From: the human T2T-CHM13v2.0 reference genome, Homo sapiens
NCBI RefSeq assembly: GCF_009914755.1
Contig: NC_060937.1
Reading direction: 5' to 3' (one strand)
DNA length: 64,000 nt
The position numbers were made by a program, and so were the translations under genes. Shown here piece after piece: positions 14,493 through 26,844 of the stretch (positions are counted from its first letter, which is position 1; every line of letters begins with the position of its first letter). The notes beneath the pieces are model-generated. The model had not been told where the DNA came from. It did not search any database and saw nothing but the letters and a program-made list of their open reading frames with translations.

Positions 14493-16649
14493 GTCCTTTT
14501 TGTACTCTTTATTCCATCTACCTTCTTTATTATTACCTTCTTTATTATATTATCTGATCTTTATTATTTTCTTCCTTCTGTCAATTTTGGGCTTAGTTTC
14601 TTCTTCTATTTCTATTTCCTTAAGCTGAACTTAGGATATTATGTTGAGATCTTTTTTTAACATAGGCATTTACAGTTGTACATTTCTTTCTGAGTGCTAC
14701 TTTCACTGCTTCCTATGAATATTGCTATGCTGTGTTTTTATTTTCAATCATCTCAAAGTATTTTCTATTTTCTTCTAGGATTTATTTATAGATCAATTTG
14801 TTGTTTAAGAATTTGTTCAATTTTCACTTATTTGTGAGTTTTCCAATTTTCCTTATGTTATTGAAGGTAGCTAAAATGAATGCTTAATAGAGAGCCATTT
14901 CAGATTGAAAAACATAAACAGGTTTCAAGGTCAAAGGATGAAAAACATATCTTTTTAAAATACAAGATATTTGTGGAATTCAAATATTTTAAAATTTAAT
15001 GAGAATTATTTTGTTGCATAACATGGTCTATCTTGGTCGATGTTCATGTGCATTTGAAAATATGTGTTCTGCTGATTTTAGGTGGAGTGTTTTCTATGTG
15101 TCTGTTAGGTTCAGTTAGTTTACAGTGTTGTTCAAGTTCACTATTGCCTTATTGATCTCTTACCTAGATGGTCTAGCTATTATTTCAGGTGAGATACTGA
15201 AATCTTCAGCTGTTACTATAGAAATGTCTATTTCTCCTTTCGGTTCAGCCAATATCTGCTTATATCTTGAGGTTCTGTTGAGTGATGTTTATAATTATTA
15301 GGTATTCTTGATACATTGACTCTGTTATCAATATTTAATACTCTCTTTGTTTCATAAAAATTTTTGGCTTAACATGTATTTATTCTGATATCAGTATTAG
15401 CCATCCCTGTTATCTTTGGCTGCTATTTGCAAGGAGGCATATTTGTCATCCTTTAATCTTGAAACCTTGAAACACAAAAACCTGTTTGTGTTTTTGAATC
15501 TGAAGTGAGTCTCTGGTAGGCAGAATATAATTAGATCATGAGTTTGGGCTTTTAAAAAAATTATTTTACCAATCTCTGTATTTTAATTGCCAAATTTAAA
15601 TTTAGCTCATTTATATTTAAAGTGATTACTGATAAGGAAAGAATTACTTATGTTGCTGTTTGTTCTTTTATAAGTTTTGTTCCTCAATTCCTTTATTACC
15701 TCTTTATTTTGTTTTTAATAGACTTTTATAAGTACATCATTTTGTTTTTCTCTTAATTTCTTTTTGTGCATTTTTAAAAGTCATTATCATAGTTGTTATT
15801 CTGGTGATCACAATAAACATCCTAAATTTATAACAATGTGGTTTGAATTGATAACAACTTAGCTTCTCTCTTATGTTGTTATTGTCACAAAATATACGCT
15901 TATACATTGTAAGCCCTTAACATAAATTAATAATTATTATTTTATGTATTTGCCTTTTAAATAGTATAGGAAACAAAAGGAGAAGTTAAAAACTAAAAAT
16001 ACACTTACAATGGCTTTTATATTTGCCTATGTATGTACCTTTACTTGTATTCTTTATTTCTTCATATGTCTTTCAATTCTCACTTAGTGCTTTTTGTTTT
16101 ATTTCTATCTCCTTTAGCATTTCTCACAGGGTAAGTCTGCTACCAATGAACTCTCTCAGTTTTTCTTTATTTGAGAACATCTTAATTTTTCTTCACATTT
16201 TAAGGATATTTTCCCACATATAGAATACATGGTAGACAGTGTTTTTCATTCAGTACTTTAAATATGTAATTCCCCTGGCTTCTGGCCTCCATGGTTTTTG
16301 ATGACAAATCAGCTATTAATCTTATTCAGCATATTTTATATTTGATGAATTGCCTCTCTTTCTGCTTTCAAGATCTCCTCCTTGTCATTATCTTTTAATA
16401 GCTTGATTTTAAGAAGTCTTGGTAGGAATCTTTTGTGTTTACCCTTCTTGGAGTTTACTGAATTTTCTTAGATGTGTACATTCATGACTTTCTTCAGCGT
16501 TGGAAAGAGTTTGGCCATTATTTCTCCAAATATTCTTTTTTCAAATTTTCTCTCTCTTCTCCTTCTGTAACTCTCATAATGCCTATGTTCATCTGCTTAA
16601 TGTATCCTGGGGGTCTCTTATAATCTGTTCACTTTTCTTTTTTCTTTTT

Positions 16650-18280
16650 TATTTTAACTTTATTTTTAGAGCCATTTTAGATTCACAGAAAAATTGAAAG
16701 GAAGGTACAGAGATATCTCATAGACCTCATATTCCCTACGGATGCATATCCTCCCCCATTATCAAAATCCCCCACCAGAGTGATACATTTGTTACAACTG
16801 ATAAACCTACACTAATATATCATTATCATCCAGAGTCCACAGTTTACATTAGGGTTCACCTTAATGTTTTACTTTCTATAGGTTAGCACAAATGCATAAT
16901 GGCATGTATCCACCATTGTAGTATTAGAGTATTTTCACTGTCCTAAAAATTCTCTGTGCTTCACTCCAACTACCTTTCCCTTTCCACTGCTTATCCCCTG
17001 GAAATGGCATTTTTTAAATGTCTCTATAGTTTTAACTTTGTTCCAGAGTGCCATGTTGTTGGAATTGCACAGTATGTAACATTTTTATTTTCACTTCTTT
17101 TTTTTAGTAATAGCAATTTAAGTTTCCTTCATGATATATCAGTGTAGGTTTATCAATTGTAATAAATGTATCACTCTGGTGGGGGATTTTGATAATGGGA
17201 GAGTATCTGTAGGGAGTATGAGGTCTATGAGATATCACTGTACCTTCCTCTCAGTTTTTCTGTGAATCTAAAATTGCTCTAAAAATGAAGTTAAAAAAGA
17301 ATAACGAAAAGTGAACAGATTATAAGAGACCCCCCAGGATACATTAAACTGATGAACATATGCATTATGAGAGTCACAGAAGGAGAAGAGAGTTAAAATC
17401 TGAATAAATAATATTTGGAGAAATAATGGCCAAACTCTTTCCAATGTTGAAGAAAGTCATAAATTTACATATCTAAAAAGTTCAGTAAACTTCAAGGAGG
17501 GTAAAGACAAAAAGATTCCAAATCTTATTAAAATCAATTATAGTAAGTCTTGAAGTAGAGTAGTGTTAGTTCTCCCATTTTGTTCTTATCCTTTAATATT
17601 ATGTTGGCATTTCTGTGTCTTTTGCTTCTCTATATATTCTTTAGACTCAGTTTGTTGATATTCAACTTGCTTTGATTTTGATTAAGATTGCATTGAGTCA
17701 CCTGGGCACGGTAGCTCATGCCTGTAATCCCAGCACTTTGGGAGGCCAAGGCAGGATCACAAGGTCGGGAGTTTGAGACCAGCCTGGCCAATATGGTGAA
17801 ACCCCTCTCTACTAAAAATACAAAACTTAGCCCGGCGTAGTGGCACTTGCCTGTAGTCGCAGCTACTCGGGAGGCTGAGGCAGGAGAATCACTCGAACCC
17901 CAGAGGCAGAGGTTGCAGTAAGCCAAGATGGCACCCCTGTCTCCAGCCTGGGCGACAGAGCAAGACTTGGGAAAAACAAACAAACAAACAAACAAAAAAC
18001 AAACAAACAAACAAAACATTGCATTGAATCTACAGGAAGAACTGACATCTTGACAATATTGAGTCTTCCTATTCATAAACATGGAATAGCTCTCCATTTA
18101 TTTAGTTCTTTAAATCTTTTACATATTTTGTTGGATTATTCCTCAGTATTTCATTTTTTGAGGTAATAATCTCAATGCCATTATGTTTTTAATTTCAAAT
18201 TCCACTTGTTTATTACTGGTAGAAAAGTGTTAGATCACTGGTAGAAAAGTGATTCGCTATTGAGTATTAATCTTGTAATA
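16650..18280 (-). mobile_element. L1MC-type element, antisense, interrupted by an inverted duplication (17132-17538) and an Alu
   Basis: L1MC 3'-end motif ccccaccagagtgatacatttgttacaa; ORF2 end ttgacaatattgagtcttcc. Confidence 0.7.
17700..18015 (+). mobile_element. AluS with (AAAC)n tail
   Basis: Alu consensus. Confidence 0.93.
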
Positions 18281-20099
18281 ATGACTTTATTCTTTTGGTC
18301 CGCTGAGTAGTTCATAATTTTCTCTTTCTTTGTATGCCTTGAAGTTTCTTCTTGAAAAGTGAACAGTTAGGCAGTTAGGATGTTACAATGTAGCAAATCT
18401 GGAAATCAAAATTACTCCCATCCTCAGGGTTTTCTGTTAATGGATGTGGACTGCAGTTGTTCACTTGTTTAGTAATTTTTCCAAAATACTTTTTTTTTTG
18501 TTTGCCTAGACTCTATTCCTTGTCCTGTGTGGACACAGGAGTCCTTCTTCTATTATCTCTTTTGTTGGCCTGGTAGAGATGATTTTATCGCTAATCCTCA
18601 TCCTGACAGAGATTTCGTTAAACATTAAAAGTCAAAAAATAAAAATAAAAATCTCTCCTGGTATTTACAAACAGCCTCTGAACTGGGGTATTTCTTCAAA
18701 CTTTCACTAGGCTGTCTGCAGTTAAACTTAGTCTTTACCTCCTGTTTGCAGAGAGCCCAGGTAGGTATGTGGATGTGCGTATGTGTGTGTGTGGATGTTG
18801 GAGGAATAAAGACAATATATAAAAATAAGTAAACATGTTCTCTATCACTTTAATAAGATTATTGCCAGAAAGAGATGATAAAATGCCTAAATAAAATGTT
18901 AAGAGACAGTAAGAATAGAGACCTACTAAGTATTTGTTTTATTTTCTAGGCTGACAATGCACCAGTGACATTTACTAAGAAGTGGGTCTTTAATTTTATA
19001 CATATAAATTTAATGTAAAAAATCTAACAAATCAATCTAAATTATTATAAAATTTTAGTAAACAAATATCTCTAGCCAGAATGTAAACAAGTGGTTTTAG
19101 AAATTTGTATTTTACTTAAATTTAAGAGAATATACTACCTCTATGATGGAGGGCATTTCATTACCAAGAATTTCAGTAACTTGGTATTAAAATGCTTTTA
19201 AAAAAACAATTGAATACCTGTGATTAATTTTTACAGTACATTGCTATTTTGAATTATATTATGTTTAAATTTGAATTCATTAATTTAATAAATATTTGCT
19301 GCATGTCTACTGTGGGTCAGTCATGATGTTAAGCCCTGGGAAAATGACAGGGAACCAAACATAAATGGCCCTTTAGCTCAGAAAATTTAGTATCTCTCAA
19401 GTATATTATTTTTTTAAAAGCTCTCTTCCCTCCAAGCATCAAATGAATATCATTAAACTATGAAAGCAACTGCCTTGGTGAAGTCATCAGTTTGTGTTTT
19501 ACAATAATGACAGTAACTGTATTAACTCTTCCTCATTTTTCAGCACTCCAAAAAGTGCTTTGCATACATTATGTCATTTAAACAAAATTAAAAACTATTT
19601 TATTATAATCTTTTCACTGAAATTATATCGTAAAAGAGGCGATGATGATTTTGCATTTGTAATTTGTCATTGAGGTGATCTTGTGTTAACTATTACTATA
19701 CAAGAGGGCTTTTCTTTTAAGGAAAATATTCCCTTCTTTGGGAAAAGCCAATTAGACCTGCCCATATCAAGGCACATTCACCCTTGGTGAGAGACAGTGA
19801 CAGAGGTGGCTCCTGGGAGTGAGCAAGAAGCACAGGCCGACAAGAACATGTGCTGAAGAAGACCTGGGAAGTTTCTTGATCCACCCATAGATCCTCCATC
19901 CTTCCTCTGCACTCTCCCTGACATCTTTCCTCCCTCTGTCTATGGTAATAGGAACTCAAAGATCTGACTAGGGAAATGTTATTTATTTCAACTTGAATTT
20001 ACAATGTAATTTGCTTGGTTATCACCTAGGATTCTTACTCCTTAGAAACAATCAGAAATATGTGGTTCTTATTTTATATTCTTCCCTCCATAATCTTAT

Positions 20100-20940
20100 T
20101 TGGAATGGGAATATAAATTAGTGTAGCCATTATGAAAAATAGTACACAAGTTTCTTTAAAAATTAAAAATAAAATACCATATGATCCAGCAATCCCACTA
20201 CCAAGTATATATCCAAAGAAAATGAAATCAGTGTGTCAAAGAGATATCTCTCATCCAGGTACTAACCATGCCCAACTCTGCTTAGCTCCTGAGGTCAGAC
20301 AAGATAGGGTGCATTCGGAGTGGTGTGACCATAGAAGAGATAACTGTACTTCAATGTTTATTGCAGAATTATTCACAATAGCCAAGATATTAAATCAACC
20401 TAAGTGTCCATCTGCAGATGAATGGATGAGGAAAATGTGCAATATATACACAGTGGAATACTATTCAGCATAAAAATAAGGAAACCCTGTTGTTTGCAGT
20501 AACATGGATGAACTTGGGGGACATTATAACAAGTGAAATAAGCACAGAAAGACAAATACTACATGATCTGACATATATGTGGAATCTAAAAAAAGTCAAA
20601 TTCAAAGAAGTAGAGAGTAGAATGGTGTTGACCAGTGGCTGGGGTGGCGGGGGTGGAGGTGAAAAGACGTTGGTCAAAGATTACGAAATTTCAGTTAGAC
20701 TGGAGGAATACGTTCAAGAGATCTCGTGTACAACATGGTGACTACAGTTAATGAAAATGTATTTTTGAAAAATGCTAAATGAGTAGATATTGTGTTCTCA
20801 CCACAAAAATGACAACTGTACGAGGTAACATATATTTTAATTTACTTGACTCAGTCATTGCACAATGCCTATATATTTCAAGACATCATGTTGTACATGA
20901 CAAATATGTACAATTTTATCTGTCAATTAAAACATAAGAT
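20100..20940 (+). mobile_element. L1MA 3' end hosting the 5S pseudogene
   Basis: accatatgatccagcaatcccact...ttcaagagatctcgtgtacaacatggtgactacagttaat. Confidence 0.85.
20247..20335 (-). pseudogene. 5S rRNA pseudogene, 3'-truncated and tailless
   Basis: Reverse complement TCTATGGTCACACCACTCCGAATGCACCCTATCTTGTCTGACCTCAGGAGCTAAGCAGAGTTGGGCATGGTTAGTACCTGGATGAGAGA aligns to 5S nt ~2-90; direct repeat AGAGATA on both sides. Confidence 0.92.
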
Positions 20941-22257
20941 CAAAAAAGAATTTTATTTGGCAAAAGTTTAAATATGTTTGGTTTGCCTTGGAAACACTAT
21001 GTGAAGAAGGCATGTACACTTGGCAGTTGTATTTACAGAATGTGAACACACTGTTAGCTACCACATCATCCTGTGCCCCTCATGAAAACCCACAGGAAAA
21101 AATATTCTTTAATCTCAATTCTAGAAATATTGTTATCTTCTTGGGCTTCTAGCCTATTGTCTGTTGTGGATTCTGAATTTTATTATCAATTTTGTTTTCA
21201 TTTTTGCTATGATCAGGATGAAATTTGGAGACAGGTATGGTTCACCATTACCAATTATATAGGGACATTTAAAGTATGATTTTAGACTAACTTCTATAGC
21301 TCTATTTTACTATTTTATCCTTATATTACAGTCCCTCAATCTTCTTTTTATTCATTTTACATCATTTAATTTATACTCCCCAAATTTCCCAATCTCCAGC
21401 CTTAGGGCTCACCCTTTATTCAACACACCCATGAGAAATCCAGGGAATGTAAAGTATGAATTCACAGGAAAGGAATGTCTCTGCTCTCTTAATGGGTTTT
21501 GATGTCTGAACGCACCTACAGATTCTGGCTCAGCAATGTAGTCCCCCCATGTGCCTACTCACTGATGGCTACTGTCTTCTCTCTGTCCCTTTCATCTCAC
21601 CCTTGAGCACAGTGGTCTCCTTGTCACTACCCAAGTGACTTTTGATGGGTAATGGAGGAGAATTATCACTGAACTGAACAGAAGCCATTGAAACTCAAAT
21701 ATCATAGATGGTTGTTACAAAGTTCCTTGACCGTTCTTAGTAAAGGTTGTGTCTTAGTCACTTTCTTCTTTCTTCCGTAGGCTCCCTTCTGTTGCCACAT
21801 TTGGGCCAAGGAATGGAGAGATTTCTTCGTCTGGAAACATTTTGCCAAACTCTTCAGATACTCTTTCCTCTCTGGGAATCAAAGGAAAATCTCTACTAGT
21901 GTGTTATTCAGAGAAATTTTGTCCACTCTTTGCTTCAAACTCTCTTATCCAGATCAGCCTTTATTATGAAATAGCCGAAATATAGACCAATAAAGGGAAA
22001 ACCCAGACATTCATATAAAGGGTTAGCTCTCAGGTTCTTGTATCTGATATATTAACCCAGGTTAACATATAAGTGATGGCAAAGAATCCAGTGCAGTAAT
22101 GTGACTTGTATTCCTTTTTCCTTTTTTTTCTTTCTTTCTTTCTTTTTTTTTTAGGATGGAATTATCTTCTAAGTTTCAGAGGTAGCTTAACAACTAAATG
22201 GAGGTGAAAACTGCTTTTCTTGGTTTCTTTCCTTATAAATGATTCTCTTCATTGCAG

Positions 22258-22370
22258 GATCTTACACATTTGTTCCATGGCTTCTCAGCTTTAAAAGGGG
22301 AAGTGCCCTAGAAGAAAAAGAGAATAAAATATTGGTCAAAGAAACTGGTTACTTTTTTATATATGGTCAG
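22258..22370 (+). CDS. TNFSF13B: TNFSF13B coding exon 4, 113 nt
   Basis: Flanks ttgcag|GATCTTAC...GGTCAG|gtaggt; translates (G)SYTFVPWLLSFKRGSALEEKENKILVKETGYFFIYGQ. Confidence 0.98.
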
Positions 22371-22458
22371 GTAGGTTGAAACCCTAATTCTGGTTTTACT
22401 GTTCAAAGCCTCCCATTTTGTGTTCATTTCTGACACAGTTTTTTGGTTTGTTTCTTAG

Positions 22459-22609
22459 GTTTTATATACTGATAAGACCTACGCCATGGGACATCTAATT
22501 CAGAGGAAGAAGGTCCATGTCTTTGGGGATGAATTGAGTCTGGTGACTTTGTTTCGATGTATTCAAAATATGCCTGAAACACTACCCAATAATTCCTGCT
22601 ATTCAGCTG
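22459..22609 (+). CDS. TNFSF13B: TNFSF13B coding exon 5, 151 nt, after an 88-nt intron
   Basis: Flanks tcttag|GTTTTA...GCTG|gtaaat; translates VLYTDKTYAMGHLIQRKKVHVFGDELSLVTLFRCIQNMPETLPNNSCYSA(G), including the BAFF flap loop. Confidence 0.98.
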
Positions 22610-22954
22610 GTAAATATTAGTTCTCACACCCTGCTAATTGTGAAATGAAGAGACTTTGACGAAAAATCTGAGCTGCAAAATGCAAAAATGAAAGGATGGT
22701 GCCCTAAAATACAAATAGACAGAAAGACATTCCTCAATATATTGTGTTTTTTAAATCTTGAATAATAAGCTAGTCTGTTTTAATTGAGAAAGATGGAATT
22801 ATTACTAATAGTTTTACCATTTTTATATACATTTAGAAAGGGTAGTAATTTCATAGCAACTTCTACCTTGTACATAATACATGGTACATAGTACTTCTAC
22901 ATAGTAACTTCTACATTGAGAAAAAATTCTAATGTATTTTCTTCAACACTTAAT

Positions 22955-23150
22955 AACAACAATAATAATATCTGACAAGGATAGAGTGATTACCACTTGC
23001 CAGGCACTCTTTTCTGCATGTTATATATGCTTGCTTATTTAATCTTCGCATTTAAGGGAGTTAGGATCTAGGCACAGAGAAGTAACATAACTTGTCCCAG
23101 GTTACACAGCTAATTTTTAGACTTGGTTTAAACCAGCCAGTCTGGCTCCG
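22955..23150 (-). mobile_element. MIR
   Basis: ggcacagagaagtaacataacttgtcccaggttacacagcta. Confidence 0.65.
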
Positions 23151-25830
23151 CACCGGGAGCAACCAAAACTCTTCTTGCATGCTGTGGAAGAAATGCCCCT
23201 GGCCAGGCTTGAGGGTAAGGGAAAGTTGTACAATGGCTTCTTTCTAAATACAGGTGACATCTTGTGTCAGTGGACACCAGACAGGAGAAATGCCCCTGGC
23301 CAGGTTTGAGGGTAAGGGAAAGTTGTACAATGGCTTCTTTCTAAATAGCCACAAGTATTGACAATTCAGATGACATCTTGTGTCAGTGGACACCAGACAG
23401 GTGACTTAGGAATGCGAAAGTGTAGGCGCAAACCTACCTTTGCACCCAGGAGCAGTGAGAGGCAGAGAGCACGGCAGATCTTGTAAACTTTAGGTCTGTT
23501 TCAGCTGTAATTGCCAACATTTCCTTCATTTTATTTTTCAAGGGTGATTTAAAATTAATCCAGGCTGGTTTTGCAGAAAAATATTTACCTTAAACACATT
23601 TATTTTCTCTGTTGATTTTGTAAAAATCCAGAACCCTGAGGAATGGCTTCAGTTCCAGATGGTTACCGTGAATGACCGTGTGACACACAGGAACGGAGGC
23701 TGGCTATGCATTTTGAAAAACTGTATTTCAAAGGCATTTACAAACAAATGCCCAATAAGTCAGTTAGAAACTAAGGAAAATAGTTTCTAATAATGGAAAT
23801 GATGTCATTCTGGATCTGCAGCCACAGATAGCATTGGTGGGGAGATGAGGAAGTTTATAAAATTAGAATTCCCTAACTTTCATAAAGAGATGTTTCCCTT
23901 CACCCAGTGCTGACTAGTAGTTTGGAGTTGCAAAATATTTATAAATGGTGAGACTACTCCAATCTGTTATTTATTTATATTTATTAGTACTAAAAATTTT
24001 ACAAGTAACTCTTTAAAACGTTTTTCTAATCATCTGCTCCTCTAACACTTACTTGCTGTTAGAGGACTCTGCTAGATTTCTTAAGGTGTCTTACTTTTTA
24101 AGAATAATTCACCGGACTTTAAAAATATTTTTCATTACTAGTAGCTTACTGTTGTATATGAGTACCATCCTCTAGTAAGTTTCAGGTTTGCAATTTTAAT
24201 CTGTTTTAGGGCAAATTTATTTAAAGCCATTTAAAACCACACATTAGAGTATATATAAGTACATAAAATGTTTCCATAGCAACCTGAAAAGATGTAAATG
24301 GCCAACTTAAGAAACCCAACATAATACCAAAGAACCACTTATATACCTAAAGCTGAATCTTATTATTTATTGTATTAATAAAATGTTTATTAGAAAAATT
24401 ATACCTGATTGCTGTAATCTGGAAGAATTGAAGTAGCCGATAATTTAGTGTTAAAATGTTAAATGGACTCTATAGTTGTTCACACCCACCTAATCCTTAG
24501 AGTTAATATTACTTAATGCTTTGTGAGCTATGGTCTTTGTCAAAATGTTAGGTCATTTCCAATCTCTATGAAAATGACAAGTCTGTTCAACAAATAAATC
24601 TCAATCTTTTTATTCTTACTACTTAAGGTAGTCCTCAAAGGCTTTGTCAATTCTAGAAAGTGTACACATAACCTTTAATAAGTCCTGAAAAACTTTCTTT
24701 TGCTTGTATTCTGTCTTTGCCCATTACAAAAAAGCATACCCAGTGGGGATGGAAATTCTGTCATCCTTGATCACTACTGTGTGTTTGTCTAGAAGGGTGG
24801 CTGGTACATAGTAAATGTTCAATAAATAAACTCCCCCTGGCTGCTGCCTGAGCAAATTTGCATGCTTTGGGCTTTAGGTTAGAATAGACATGAACATACA
24901 TGTGTTTATGTAGGTACATTTTCACTATGCTAATGAAACAATGAAACTATTCTAAAAATAGCCACAAGTATTGACAATTCAGATGACAGTTTTAATGTTT
25001 GTTAGTTTCTTTATTTCTTCTCTTCCCCCATTTCCTCCTCTTTCTTCTTCATATTTTTGTTTTGAAGTGGGGTAAATAATTACCTGATACATTGAGTGTA
25101 GTCCCTGAATGTATTTTGTATTACTAATTCACAGATGCATTTGTCCTTGTAAATTAGTTGCACACAGATTTATTAGTCATTTTTGAAGAGTTAATTACAC
25201 TGTTGTTTTTGATTATAAAGACAAACATGGTCATCTAAGAAAACAAAATATAAGAGGTTGTGAAAAGTAATCCAGATAATGCTTAAATCCATAGTCGGGA
25301 CTCTCAAGAAAAACTATATTAATGAATGTGGTATGTTAAGAAATGGTGTTTTCTTCAGTTTTTAATATTTATGCTTTTCATTTGTATGTTTAAAACTATA
25401 ATTAGGAATATCTAGTATATATATGTGTGTGTAATTTTTCACATTTTTATTTAACATTATTATAAAAACTTTCCCTGTCAACAAAATTAAACAAAACTCA
25501 TCACTAATAATTTAATATTCTATCAAGGGATGTTCCATGATTTACCTAATTGTTTAAAAAGTTATATATTGGGCTTCTTTTGGGGAAGTCCATTTTTTAA
25601 TGAGTAGGTGATAAATGCATACATATCTGTTGTAACTCCTTTTGCTTATTTCTTCTAAATTTTTTTTTAGGCTAAGATAATTGCAATGGTTTAGAAGTCC
25701 GTTGGTGTATTTTGAAGTGTGAATGCCTATGTTAACATTTTTTTTTTACAGAACAAAATAGTTTTATTTAAGATTCTTTTCTTTTCTGTTGTATAACCAC
25801 TTATAGTTCTTGTAAATCATTTTTTCCCAG

Positions 25831-25943
25831 GCATTGCAAAACTGGAAGAAGGAGATGAACTCCAACTTGCAATACCAAGAGAAAATGCACAAATATCACT
25901 GGATGGAGATGTCACATTTTTTGGTGCATTGAAACTGCTGTGA
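25831..25943 (+). CDS. TNFSF13B: TNFSF13B terminal exon 6, coding part
   Basis: Acceptor tcccag|GCATTG; translates (G)IAKLEEGDELQLAIPRENAQISLDGDVTFFGALKLL with TGA at 25941-25943. Confidence 0.98.
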
Positions 25944-26020
25944 CCTACTTACACCATGTCTGTAGCTATTTTCCTCCCTTTCTCTGTACCTCTAAGAAGA
26001 AAGAATCTAACTGAAAATAC

Positions 26021-26021
<1 letters not shown>

Positions 26022-26052
<31 letters not shown>
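26022..26052 (+). repeat. A31 homopolymer in the proximal 3'UTR
   Basis: 31 consecutive A, about 80 nt after the stop codon. Confidence 0.95.
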
Positions 26053-26055
<3 letters not shown>

Positions 26056-26836
26056 GTTACCATTGCCTTTTCTGTGAGCTATTTGTTTTGGTTTGCTGAA
26101 ACTAGTCCAAAACAGGAAATTTAACAGACAGCCACAGCCAAAGAGTGTCATGTGAATTACAAGAAATAGAGCCCATTTAGGGAAAGATAGAACTAGAAAG
26201 GCTTTTCATTATAATTCCATGTTGAACAATTGAGTCATAGCTTCTTATCTTGGAGGAAGGACACAATTCAAAGGGGCAGTAAGGATTTTGTAAAACGTGG
26301 CATCCATAATTTACTATGGAGCAAGTGCCCACATCTCTAGGACATTAAGACATTTATGAGAAATCTCAGGATTCATCTTCTGTTTTTATGTTAAATGCAC
26401 TCCCTCCTTTTCAGTTAACATTATAAAAAGTAAAAAATGAAAATTTTAGAAATCTTGCATTAGACACATGAAAAAATAACTAAAAGTTTAAATTTAAATA
26501 TGAAACAATTTTGCTGAAAATAGTATCCATATACTATTTAAGTCTTTTATGGTTATTTCAAGTATACAATTTCTATCTGTAATGTAATATATTACCCACA
26601 CATTTTTTTCACAGGAGAGAGAGAATATCCTCATTTGTTTATGCTCATGTGTATTTTCTATAGTGAATTTCAGAAACTTTTAATATCAGGTAATTTCAAT
26701 TTATGCCTATAAAGCATTGATTGAAAAATAACTAGAATTGTGCATATATAACACATAATCTCCAACAGAAGTTACTGAATACATTCATACTAATGTAATG
26801 TAATTTCCCTTTATTTCTTGCTCTTCTGTTTCAAAC

Positions 26837-26844
26837 TGCTGCTA
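26837..26844 (+). promoter_or_regulatory. miR-15/16 family 8mer site (proximal)
   Basis: TGCTGCTA. Confidence 0.6.

Noticed and set aside
18216-18251. 15-bp direct repeat ACTGGTAGAAAAGTG (similar short repeats at 30417-30463)
   Set aside because: Ordinary slippage micro-duplications
22323-22328. AATAAA inside exon 4
   Set aside because: It simply encodes Asn-Lys; there is no evidence it is used as a poly(A) signal
23189-23401. Repeat-spacer-like arrangement suggesting CRISPR
   Set aside because: Only two long copies in a primate intron, with no array and no cas genes; it is a tandem duplication
26022-26052. A31 as the tail of a processed pseudogene
   Set aside because: The upstream coding exons are separated by introns, so this is the genuine gene
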